NCBI GenBank assembly: GCA_017961585.1
Contig: JAGCWX010000020.1
Span: 150,310-214,309 of the forward strand
Direction: 5' to 3'
DNA length: 64,000 bases
Source: Elusimicrobiaceae bacterium
GTDB taxonomy: Bacteria > Elusimicrobiota > Elusimicrobia > Elusimicrobiales > Elusimicrobiaceae
Position 1 is the first letter of the stretch. Each line of letters starts with the position of its first letter. A model generated the notes under the pieces. That model did not search any database and had not been told where the DNA came from. It saw only the letters and a list, made by a program, of their open reading frames with translations. Below, piece by piece: positions 40,492 to 48,447 of the stretch. Made by a program: the position numbers and the translations under genes.

Positions 40492-41073
40492 ATGAAACAA
40501 GTCTTAAGCTTGCTACTGATCAGCGTGGCATTAGCTGCATATGCGGCCCCCAAAACCAAAGTGTACAAGCCGCACACACAGCGCGGCCCGGCGCAATATT
40601 TAACCACCAACGACTTGGCGGTTACGGACTCTTGCCCCGGCGCGGACATTATCAACCCCTTTACCTGCACCAAGGAACAACCTGCCGGGTTTACGTGCTT
40701 TGACGTGTACCGCGTGCAGGGCGACCCGATGGACAAAGAACGCTACACTTTGTTGAACCAAACTGTTACCACGCAGGAAGCCACCGCCGAGCCCAAGTGC
40801 AATTTCACCGGGGATTTGACGTGTGATAATTTCTTAAAAGACTTGAAATACAATTTGGATTTTTCGTGGTTTATTACCAATTTTCCGTCCTCGTCTTTCC
40901 CGCAATGCGGGGAAACTTACACCTGCACGCGCATTGCTTGTTTCACGCCGCTGGCGGATACGCCTTACGGAGCGCCGCAAGCCAAAAAGCTCTCGTGCGT
41001 GTTTAAAAAGAACCAAATCTATTTCTTGGGCTCGCAAATTACCTGCCAAGACAAATCCGCCCCCGCTAAATAA
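40492..41073 (+). CDS. Secreted Cys-rich hypothetical protein
   Basis: Signal peptide; about 10 Cys. Confidence 0.75.
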   Translation: MKQVLSLLLISVALAAYAAPKTKVYKPHTQRGPAQYLTTNDLAVTDSCPGADIINPFTCTKEQPAGFTCFDVYRVQGDPMDKERYTLLNQTVTTQEATAEPKCNFTGDLTCDNFLKDLKYNLDFSWFITNFPSSSFPQCGETYTCTRIACFTPLADTPYGAPQAKKLSCVFKKNQIYFLGSQITCQDKSAPAK

Positions 41074-41104
41074 AGCCCACACGCTTTTGTTATAATATAG
41101 GTAT

Positions 41105-41854
41105 ATGATATTAGTCCACTTAAAGACGTTGTTTTCGTTCCGGTTTTATCACTTTTTGGCACAGTTAAAGGCCCGCTATGCGGTGGGGTTTGTTTTGTAT
41201 TTATTTGCCATCAGCGTACTTATTTTTTATTTTTTTACCGGGTCGGTGCTTAAAACACATCTGCCGATTTTTCTTAAAAACTTCCCGCAAGTTACCTTTG
41301 AAAAAGGCGTACTGACGAACCCACAACAAGCGGTGGCGGCCCCCATTTCAGGGACGGATTTTCAAATCGTGTTTGATGCCGCGGCCCAAACTCCCCCCTC
41401 GGTGCAGGAGTTAATGACTAACCACACCTTGGCCTGGGTGCACAAAAATCAAATCTATATTCCGTCCGCCAACGGGTTGCAAACGCAAACCATTCCGGCC
41501 AATGTTTCGTTCACTTCCACCCCGCAAACGCTTGAAAAATATCAGGGTACGCTGCAAACTTCGCTGCGCGTAGCTGCATTTGTGAGCTCTTTATTTTTAA
41601 TTGCTTTTATTTTAGTGATGGATTACTGCTTGGCCCTGGCGGTGGTGCTTTGTTTCCATATTTTTCGCCACATCTTTTTACCCAAAACGATGCTCCTTAA
41701 ATATGCTGCTTTTTTGCTCGGCCCGCTGACCACGTTGTGGATTGTGCGGCTGTGGGTAAACATACCGCTTTTTTCCATAGCGCAGTTGATTTTGTGCATC
41801 ATTTACACGCAACAAATTTTTAATTCTATCCCCGGGAGTTCCCATGAAAATTAA
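41105..41854 (+). CDS. Membrane protein (DUF1189-like topology)
   Basis: N-terminal TM, periplasmic FPQVTFEKGVL region, three C-terminal TMs. Confidence 0.65.
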   Translation: MILVHLKTLFSFRFYHFLAQLKARYAVGFVLYLFAISVLIFYFFTGSVLKTHLPIFLKNFPQVTFEKGVLTNPQQAVAAPISGTDFQIVFDAAAQTPPSVQELMTNHTLAWVHKNQIYIPSANGLQTQTIPANVSFTSTPQTLEKYQGTLQTSLRVAAFVSSLFLIAFILVMDYCLALAVVLCFHIFRHIFLPKTMLLKYAAFLLGPLTTLWIVRLWVNIPLFSIAQLILCIIYTQQIFNSIPGSSHEN

Positions 41855-42188
41855 ACTTATCCGCAGCTTTAGTGCCGCACACCGTTTACCCAAATACCAA
41901 GGTCCCTGCCACGATTTGCACGGCCACACGTGGAAAGTAGTTTTTACCATAGAGGGCCCGGTCAAAGCCGATGGCATGGTCTGCGATTTTAAAATCATCA
42001 AACGCCTGCTTGATGAAAATTTGCCCGATCACCAATTTTTAAATGACTGGGTGGAAAACCCCACCGCCGAAAATTTGGCCCAATATCTGTTTGATAAAAT
42101 CGGCCCGGTTTTGGCCGCGCAGCAGTTAACGTTGCGCACCCTTGAATTATGGGAGAGCGACAATGCCGCCGCTATCTTGGAGCGTTAA
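41844..42188 (+). CDS. queD: 6-carboxytetrahydropterin synthase QueD (PTPS-I, Cys type)
   Basis: FSAAHRL, C-x3-HGH (CHDLHGH), VCDF, NPTAEN, LWES. Confidence 0.92.
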   Translation: MKIKLIRSFSAAHRLPKYQGPCHDLHGHTWKVVFTIEGPVKADGMVCDFKIIKRLLDENLPDHQFLNDWVENPTAENLAQYLFDKIGPVLAAQQLTLRTLELWESDNAAAILER

Positions 42189-42756
42189 CGAAATTTTTTA
42201 TTCCATCCAGGGCGAAGGGCGCCACACCGGTATGCCCGCCGTATTTTTGCGTTTGGCCGGATGCACCATGGGGTGCGAATTTTGCGACACCAAATACGCC
42301 TTCGCGCCCGGCACCCAAATGAACGGACTGCAAATTTTGGTGGAGTTGGCCAAATTCCCCTGCAAAACCGTGGTCATTACCGGGGGCGAACCGGCCGAAC
42401 AAGATTTGCCGGGGCTGATTGCCGTGTTAAAATCGGCCGGGCACACCGTGCATATTGAAACCAACGGCGCGCACGATTGCGACGTATCTAAAGCGGATTT
42501 TGTGTGCGTGTCCCCCAAAAAAAACGTGGACGAAAAAATGCTGCAAAAAGCCGATGTGATTAAATTGGTCGTCGGTCAAAAAACCGATTTGAAAGACGTG
42601 GAAAAATACTATAATTACGAAAACGACAAAACCACGCTTTATCTTCAACCCGAAAGTAATTTACAGGAGAACATTGACAAATGCCTACAACTGGTAAAAA
42701 ATCATCCCACCGCACGGCTAAGCGTGCAACTGCACAAACTGCTAAACGTAAAATAA
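42163..42756 (+). CDS. queE: 7-carboxy-7-deazaguanine synthase (radical SAM)
   Basis: EIFYSIQGEG, CTMGCEFCDT, TGGEP, ETNG, SPK, SVQLHK. Confidence 0.93.
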   Translation: MPPLSWSVNEIFYSIQGEGRHTGMPAVFLRLAGCTMGCEFCDTKYAFAPGTQMNGLQILVELAKFPCKTVVITGGEPAEQDLPGLIAVLKSAGHTVHIETNGAHDCDVSKADFVCVSPKKNVDEKMLQKADVIKLVVGQKTDLKDVEKYYNYENDKTTLYLQPESNLQENIDKCLQLVKNHPTARLSVQLHKLLNVK

Positions 42757-43301
42757 CGCAGGAACAAGCTTTAGAGCATCTGCGCGATTTGCTGGCCTAC
42801 ATTGGCGACGATCCCGCGCGCGAAGGCCTGCGTGAAACTCCGCGGCGCATTGTCAAAAGCTGGGATAAACTTTTTGGCGGCTACAAACAAAAACCGCAAG
42901 ACGTTTTGAAAACCTTTGTGGAAGGTTCGTGCGAAGAAATGGTGGTGCTCAAAGATATTGAGTTTTACTCCACGTGCGAGCACCACTTGCAACCCTTCTT
43001 CGGCACCATTAGCATTGGCTACTTGCCCAACGGGCGCGTGCTGGGTATTTCCAAACTGGCGCGCCTGGTGGAAGTATTTGCGCGCCGTCTGCAAATTCAA
43101 GAAAAACTGGTTGCGCAAATTGCCGACAGTTTAATGCAAACCCTCCACCCGCACGGCGTGATGGTGGTCTGCAAAGCCAAACACATGTGCATTAGTTCGC
43201 GCGGCATTGAAAAGCATAACGCCGTGATGGTTACCAGTGCCATCCGCGGTGCGTTTAATAAGTTAGAAGTACGCAGCGAATTTTTAGAAATGATTAAATA
43301 G
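42681..43301 (+). CDS. folE: GTP cyclohydrolase I
   Basis: REGLRETPRR, STCEHHLQPFFG, GISKLAR, QIQE, HMCISSRG; start overlaps queE by 76 nt. Confidence 0.93.
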   Translation: MPTTGKKSSHRTAKRATAQTAKRKITQEQALEHLRDLLAYIGDDPAREGLRETPRRIVKSWDKLFGGYKQKPQDVLKTFVEGSCEEMVVLKDIEFYSTCEHHLQPFFGTISIGYLPNGRVLGISKLARLVEVFARRLQIQEKLVAQIADSLMQTLHPHGVMVVCKAKHMCISSRGIEKHNAVMVTSAIRGAFNKLEVRSEFLEMIK

Positions 43302-43307
43302 AATTTT

Positions 43308-44099
43308 ATGACACAACTCATGGGCATTGTAAATGCCACGCCGGATTCGTTTTACGACGGTAATCCGCAAAACAATTTAACGGCACTTCTCAAAAAATGC
43401 GCGGACTATGTGACCGAGGGCGCCGATATTTTAGATATCGGTGGCGAATCCACGCGCCCCGGTGCCACACCTGTATCTGTGCAGGAAGAACTTGCCCGCG
43501 TGCTGCCGCTGATTAAGGCCGCGCACGAGAAATGGCCCAAAGTCCCCCTCTCATTAGATACCGTAAAAATCCCGGTAGCGGCCGAAGGGTTAGCAAGCGG
43601 CGTTTCTATCATTAACGACGTAAGCGGTACGCCGGACCCGGAAATGTTTAACCTGGTTAAGAAACACAACGCGCAAATTGTCATCACGCACAGCCGCGGC
43701 AACCCACAAACCATGCAATCGCTGACCGATTACAAAGATTTAATCGGCGAAATAAAAGATTTTCTCGCACAAAAAATGGCGCAGGCGCAAGCGTGCGGGC
43801 TCTCCAAAGAGCAACTGATTATTGACGTGGGGTTTGGTTTTGCCAAAACGCGCGAGCAAAATTACCAACTCCTAAAACACTTGGCTGATTTTAAAACGCT
43901 GGGTGTGCGGATGCTGGTGGGGCTCTCGCGCAAAACGTTCTTGGCGCAAAAGCGCGAACTCCCCCCCAAACGTAAAGCGCAAACGTTAGCCGCCCATTTA
44001 GTAGCCCTGCAAAACGGGGCCGATATCTTGCGTGTGCACGACGTGCGCGATACCCGCAAAATTTTAGATTTTTACACCGAACTGGAGGCCGCTAAATGA
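43308..44099 (+). CDS. folP: Dihydropteroate synthase
   Basis: GIVNATPDSFYD, DIGGESTRPG, INDVS, GFGFAK, GLSRK, RVHDV. Confidence 0.95.
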   Translation: MTQLMGIVNATPDSFYDGNPQNNLTALLKKCADYVTEGADILDIGGESTRPGATPVSVQEELARVLPLIKAAHEKWPKVPLSLDTVKIPVAAEGLASGVSIINDVSGTPDPEMFNLVKKHNAQIVITHSRGNPQTMQSLTDYKDLIGEIKDFLAQKMAQAQACGLSKEQLIIDVGFGFAKTREQNYQLLKHLADFKTLGVRMLVGLSRKTFLAQKRELPPKRKAQTLAAHLVALQNGADILRVHDVRDTRKILDFYTELEAAK

Positions 44100-44446
44100 C
44101 ACAAGTTTATTTAACCCAATGCGGCAGTTTTACCGCGTCCCACGGGCACGACGGTACGTTGGCCGAAGAAGCCCACACGCATACGTTTACGTATGAAGTT
44201 ACTTTCCACGGGCCGCTCAACCCCGAAGGATACTTGGTGGATTTTCGCCTCTTGCAAGATTTTCTGCATCATCACATTGACACCCCCCTTAATAACGCCA
44301 ATTTAAACACACTCTTTAAAAACCCCACCACGGAAGCACTGGCCGTGTGGATTTTCCAAACCGTAGAGAAATTATTCCCGCAACTGTGCAGTGTAAAAGT
44401 GGCCGAAGCGCCCGACCGTTGGGTTACTTATAAAGGAGAGAAATAA
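44096..44446 (+). CDS. PTPS/QueD paralogue with Glu-type motif (PTPS-III-like FolB substitute)
   Basis: FTASH, E-x2-H-x-H (EEAHTH), LVDF, NPTTEALA; no catalytic Cys; sits between folP and folK. Confidence 0.75.
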   Translation: MTQVYLTQCGSFTASHGHDGTLAEEAHTHTFTYEVTFHGPLNPEGYLVDFRLLQDFLHHHIDTPLNNANLNTLFKNPTTEALAVWIFQTVEKLFPQLCSVKVAEAPDRWVTYKGEK

Positions 44447-44943
44447 TGGCGCAAGCAGTTTTGGCCCTGGGCAGCAACATGGGCACCCCCAAAGAAAACC
44501 TGGACCGCGCCGTGGCGGCTCTATCTGCCGTGGGCACCGTCAAAGAAGTGGCCCCGTATATTGTGTCCAAGCCGGAGGGATTTTCCGGCCAGGCCGATTT
44601 TGTAAATACCGTCTTAATTTTGGAAACTTCCCTGGCGCCTATTGTGCTGTTAAAGCGCCTCAAAGAGCTGGAAAAAGACCTGGGCCGCACGCCTACGTTC
44701 CCCAACGGGCCGCGCGTGATTGACCTGGATATTTTATTCTATGATAACTTGGTTCTATTTCAAGACGACGACACCTACCCGCTGTTTATCCCCCATCCGC
44801 GCCTGGCACAGCGGGAATTTGTCCTTAAGCCACTCTCGTATATCCTGCCGGATTTTATTCACCCCCAGCTGCGCGAGCCGGTTTATATGCTGTACCGCAA
44901 ACTAATGAAAAAAAAGGGTACACCTACTTGCCATATTTTGTAG
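44446..44943 (+). CDS. folK: 6-hydroxymethyl-7,8-dihydropterin pyrophosphokinase
   Basis: LALGSNMG, FVN, GPRVIDLDIL, IPHP. Confidence 0.95.
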   Translation: MAQAVLALGSNMGTPKENLDRAVAALSAVGTVKEVAPYIVSKPEGFSGQADFVNTVLILETSLAPIVLLKRLKELEKDLGRTPTFPNGPRVIDLDILFYDNLVLFQDDDTYPLFIPHPRLAQREFVLKPLSYILPDFIHPQLREPVYMLYRKLMKKKGTPTCHIL

Positions 44944-44981
44944 AATGTATGTAGAAGTACATTTTAATAAGGAGAGAATGC

Positions 44982-45542
44982 ATGAAAAAAGTAATGATCG
45001 TTTTGGCAGCTGCTTCCTTCTTGGGCGCCTGCCACTGCACCAAATGTGCACACAACGCTTGCAAAGTGCAAGCCAAACCGGCTCCTGCCCCGGTCGTAGT
45101 TGCTAAACCCGCTCCGGCCCCGGCCCCTGTAGCCAAAGTAGAAAATGATGCCGCTGTAGCCACCGTAGCCAACGTTAAAACCAACGCCGCCGGTGCTGCT
45201 GTGTTGTCTTTCAAAGAACCCATCAACTTCGCCTACAACAGCGCTACGATGGATGCCAAATCCACCGCTACCGTAGAAAAAACGGCTGCTATCTTGAAAA
45301 AATATCCCAACGCCAAAATCCGCGTAGCTGGTTATACGGATTCTATGGGTAACCCGGCTTACAATATGGACTTGTCCGAACGCCGCGCCCATGCCGTAGC
45401 CGAAGGCCTCGTGAAAAATGGCGTACCGGCTGCTAACGTGTCCTACATCGGTTATGGGGAAGCCAATCCTGTGGCTACCAACAAAACCGCCGAAGGCCGC
45501 TATCAAAACCGCCGCGTAGAATTAGAAGTAACCAACAAATAA
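44982..45542 (+). CDS. OmpA-family peptidoglycan-binding lipoprotein
   Basis: Lipobox LGAC, PAPA linker, GYTDSMG, NMDLSERRA, NRRVE. Confidence 0.92.
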   Translation: MKKVMIVLAAASFLGACHCTKCAHNACKVQAKPAPAPVVVAKPAPAPAPVAKVENDAAVATVANVKTNAAGAAVLSFKEPINFAYNSATMDAKSTATVEKTAAILKKYPNAKIRVAGYTDSMGNPAYNMDLSERRAHAVAEGLVKNGVPAANVSYIGYGEANPVATNKTAEGRYQNRRVELEVTNK

Positions 45543-45554
45543 ACTGGTTTTACC

Positions 45555-45589
45555 AAAAGCACCCCGCCCTTAAGGCGGGGTGTTTTTTT
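45555..45589 (+). terminator. Intrinsic terminator
   Basis: caccccgcc/ggcggggtg followed by T7. Confidence 0.8.
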
Positions 45590-45652
45590 CGGTGCGCCTT
45601 CCTGTTCAAAACTTGCTATAATAAAGAAAACCCATTATATAAGGAAGAAACT

Positions 45653-46216
45653 ATGCCAGAGATTGCACAACTACTCACCCAAACCAAAACCGACATGGCT
45701 GAACATGTCGCCCGCCTTGAACGCGATTTAGCCACCATCCGCACCGGTCGTGCCAGTGCGGGGCTTTTAGAAAACGTCCGTGTAGATTATTACGGTACCC
45801 CCACCCCCATTAAACAAATGGCGGTCATCAACGTGTTGGACGCCAAAACGTTGGAAATTCAACCTTGGGATATTTCCTCTTTAAACGATATTGACAAAGC
45901 GCTGCAAAAGGCCGACTTGGGTGCCAGCCCGGTCAACAACGGCAAAGTCATCCGCATTACCTTGCCTTCTATGACGGAAGAACGCCGCAAACAGTTAGCC
46001 AAAAGCATTTCCAAAATGAGCGAAGATTTTAAAGTAGCGGTGCGCAATGCCCGGCGTGATGTGATGGAAAAACTCAAAAAAGCGCAAAAAGCGTCCGAAA
46101 TTACCGAGGATGATTTGAAACGCTATGAGGGTGATGTTCAAAAAGCGACGGATACGTTTATCGCGCAAATTGAACAAGTCATCAAACACAAAGAAGACGA
46201 AATCATGAAAATCTAA
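45653..46216 (+). CDS. frr: Ribosome recycling factor
   Basis: IRTGRAS, YYGTPTP, IQPWD, PSMTEERRKQ, VRNARRD. Confidence 0.97.
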   Translation: MPEIAQLLTQTKTDMAEHVARLERDLATIRTGRASAGLLENVRVDYYGTPTPIKQMAVINVLDAKTLEIQPWDISSLNDIDKALQKADLGASPVNNGKVIRITLPSMTEERRKQLAKSISKMSEDFKVAVRNARRDVMEKLKKAQKASEITEDDLKRYEGDVQKATDTFIAQIEQVIKHKEDEIMKI

Positions 46217-46233
46217 GTTGTGTTTCTTCTATG

Positions 46234-46258
46234 AAAACCCCGCGCAAGCGGGGTTTTT
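46234..46258. terminator. Terminator between frr and tRNA-Thr
   Basis: aaaaccccgc-gcaa-gcggggtttt. Confidence 0.8.
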
Positions 46259-46373
46259 ATTTCTAATCCTAAGCAAAAATAAAGCGCAAGGGCTACACTG
46301 GCGGGACGCGCCGAAGGCGGAGGTATGCGACTAAGCGAGAACAAAGTATATCGGAAAAATAGGCATAAAAAAG

Positions 46374-46446
46374 AGCCAAGACGGGGGATCGAACCCCGGA
46401 CCTGCCGCTTACGAAGCGGCTGCTCTACCAGCTGAGCTATCTTGGC
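46374..46446 (-). tRNA. tRNA-Thr(CGT)
   Basis: GCCAAGATAGCTCAGCTGGTAGAGC-AGCCGC-TT-CGT-AA-GCGGC...GGTTCGATCC..TCTTGGCT; 73 nt, CCA not encoded. Confidence 0.96.
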
Positions 46447-46600
46447 AAGAAAATCAAATTCAGTACATATATTTTATCAAACTTTGACCTTTTTTTCAGC
46501 GATTTCTTACCCCGTCAGCCGTATTTTTAAAATTTCCACTGGATTTTTTTTGCTTTTATGCTATACTATTAGTAGTGCTTAGCACACTAAGGAGAACTTT

Positions 46601-47104
46601 ATGAACCAAGGTTTTACACTCATTGAATTATTGGTAGTAGTTGTAATTATCGGCGTACTGTCCGCCATTGCATTGCCGCAGTATCAAACCGCCGTAGAGC
46701 GTTCCCGCGCTACCGAAGCGCTTACGCTTATGAATGCGATTCAAACCTCAGCGGAACGTTATCACGCGCAACATGAAACCTGGCCGACCACCTTCGGGCA
46801 ACTAGATGTAGATGTCCCGCAAAGAGCCAACTGTGCAACTAGTGTTCCTGCCGGGTTTGGCGGCAAAAACTTTTGTTTTGGTTTTACCGGCTCCGATACT
46901 GGTGCTTTTGTTATAACGGCAGATCGCGTCAATAGCGAGGGGACGGCTACCCCCCATGCTTATCAACTGGCGACCTCCGTTAGAGCTGAAAATAACGGAA
47001 CTTATACGGCTACCCGTTCCTGCGAGCCCAAAGCTGGGGATTCCGACGCAACGGATACTTGTAACGCGATTGCCGGCGGAGCGGACAAAATATCCGACTT
47101 CTAA
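46601..47104 (+). CDS. Type IV pilin-like protein
   Basis: [29 protein letters not shown]; SD AAGGAG; C-terminal Cys pair. Confidence 0.9.
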   Translation: MNQGFTLIELLVVVVIIGVLSAIALPQYQTAVERSRATEALTLMNAIQTSAERYHAQHETWPTTFGQLDVDVPQRANCATSVPAGFGGKNFCFGFTGSDTGAFVITADRVNSEGTATPHAYQLATSVRAENNGTYTATRSCEPKAGDSDATDTCNAIAGGADKISDF

Positions 47105-47117
47105 TCTAAATTACCTT

Positions 47118-47148
47118 AACCCCCGGCCTAAAGCCGGGGGTTTTTATT
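47118..47148 (+). terminator. Terminator after pilin, abutting the stop codon of the phage cassette
   Basis: aacccccggc/gccgggggtt followed by Ts. Confidence 0.75.
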
Positions 47149-47346
47149 TTATCGGCACGCGGCTTCCTCTTGACACAAACAGTAATGCATCAGCAAAGCC
47201 CGGGCATTTTGATCATTCACCCCTTCGTCTTGATAATCAAACGGCACCGCGCACACCGTAGCATTACGGACGGCCGATTTGCTGCAACCGCCGGCGCACA
47301 TCAGTGCTAGGCATACGGTCCACACAATCCCTAATTTTTTGAGCAC
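47149..47346 (-). CDS. Putative o-spanin (Rz1-like lipoprotein)
   Basis: 65 aa, lipobox-like CAGGC, last gene of the lysis cassette, overlaps the i-spanin. Confidence 0.65.
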   Translation of the reverse strand: MLKKLGIVWTVCLALMCAGGCSKSAVRNATVCAVPFDYQDEGVNDQNARALLMHYCLCQEEAACR

Positions 47347-47482
47347 GCGCTTGTTCCTCCGCTTGTTTTTTCAGTTCGGCTTTTAGCAGGTTAAGCCGCT
47401 CTGCTTTGCGGCCGTTTTTACTTGCCAGCCATACTAACGCCGCCATGAAAACTGCTAAAAGCAAGCCCATCATTCCGTACAT
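47264..47482 (-). CDS. Putative i-spanin (Rz-like)
   Basis: N-terminal TM followed by coiled coil; start MYGMMG at 47482. Confidence 0.65.
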   Translation of the reverse strand: MYGMMGLLLAVFMAALVWLASKNGRKAERLNLLKAELKKQAEEQARAQKIRDCVDRMPSTDVRRRLQQIGRP

Positions 47483-47484
47483 AC

Positions 47485-47673
47485 TTATTCCTTCCGGCCG
47501 ATAAATGATCCGTCGGCATTGCACAAAGATAAGGCAGACAAAATCTTGATCACCTTGCCCAGCACGTTATCATCTTTTTGCGTGGGAGTTAATTTTACAA
47601 TTAGCGTAGCCAGTGCTACCACAGCCCCCACAATTTGTAATACTTCGTCATAATGTTGTGTAAGAAACGTCAT
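47485..47673 (-). CDS. Putative holin
   Basis: 62 aa, TM plus TPTQKDDNVLGK hinge, directly after the lysozyme gene. Confidence 0.6.
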   Translation of the reverse strand: MTFLTQHYDEVLQIVGAVVALATLIVKLTPTQKDDNVLGKVIKILSALSLCNADGSFIGRKE

Positions 47674-48083
47674 AGATATTCTCCTGTTCTCATCATTTCG
47701 GCCAATTCTCTGGCACGCCGCCCAACCTGCCCGGCCCAGCGGCTATCTAACATCTCGTAAGAGGTGGCGGTATAATCGCCCCGCTTGAGGGCCGCCCACA
47801 TTTTTTTGAAGGCCGCCAATTTGCCAATGCCCATGTTAAAGCACATATCCACCAGCACAAATTGGCGCACTTCGCCCAATTGACACCATCCCTCAAATTG
47901 TTGACGGACCGCCTTTTGTGCGGCGTTTACATCTTGCAACAAGATAAACTGCGCCGCCTCTTTACTGATGCCGTTTTCCAAATTATGCCCGTAACCAATG
48001 GTCCAATGTCCGGCGGGGCATTTATAAGGCATTACGTTAAGCCCTTCGTAACGCTGTGTATATTGCAACCATTTTTCAATCAT
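47670..48083 (-). CDS. Phage lysozyme (GH24-like endolysin)
   Basis: YEGL..PYKCPAGHWTIGYGHN (E..C..T triad), DMCFNMG, SRWAGQVGRRA; start MIEKW at 48083. Confidence 0.88.
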   Translation of the reverse strand: MIEKWLQYTQRYEGLNVMPYKCPAGHWTIGYGHNLENGISKEAAQFILLQDVNAAQKAVRQQFEGWCQLGEVRQFVLVDMCFNMGIGKLAAFKKMWAALKRGDYTATSYEMLDSRWAGQVGRRARELAEMMRTGEYL

Positions 48084-48264
48084 GCACGGCCTCCATTTTG
48101 GCTTCAATTTTTGCCACGCGCTCTTGCAAGTGGTTGTATTTGTCCTGTTTTTCTTCCAGGCGGGCAATATCTTTGCGGATGGCTTTTAATTCCCCCCACA
48201 CCGCGCCGGAAGCAAAAATAACAGCCGCTAATTCCCAAATTAAGTTGATCATTTCGCCGGTCAT
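48076..48264 (-). CDS. Small single-TM coiled-coil protein (holin/XhlA-like)
   Basis: 62 aa, TM then LKAIRKDIARLEEK heptads. Confidence 0.6.
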   Translation of the reverse strand: MTGEMINLIWELAAVIFASGAVWGELKAIRKDIARLEEKQDKYNHLQERVAKIEAKMEAVHD

Positions 48265-48443
48265 ACTTCAACCTCTTTAATAAGCCCATACGCTTGCGCG
48301 GCTTGTTCAATGTTGGGGTACTCATCCCATCCCACGTTTTTACCTTCGGGGGTCCACGCTTCGTGCGCTTCTAAAATATCCCAACGCACGTTTTGCACGT
48401 CTTTATAATTGCCTTCTTCGTTTTGAATTTTCTTGTAAACCAT
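48261..48443 (-). CDS. Small phage protein after the tail fibre (chaperone position)
   Basis: 60 aa; start MVYKKI with SD GAGG; coupled to neighbours. Confidence 0.6.
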   Translation of the reverse strand: MVYKKIQNEEGNYKDVQNVRWDILEAHEAWTPEGKNVGWDEYPNIEQAAQAYGLIKEVEV

Positions 48444-48447
48444 ATTG

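Noticed and set aside
41844-43301. queD-queE-folE as a phage or dpd DNA 7-deazaguanine modification system
   Set aside because: No dpdA, queC or queF nearby; the genes are fused to folP/folK, so housekeeping pterin/queuosine metabolism is the simpler reading
46261-46446. tRNA-Thr(CGT) as the integration site of the phage cassette
   Set aside because: Its 3' end faces away from the cassette, a pilin gene intervenes, and I found no duplicate of the tRNA 3' end near 60.6-64 kb
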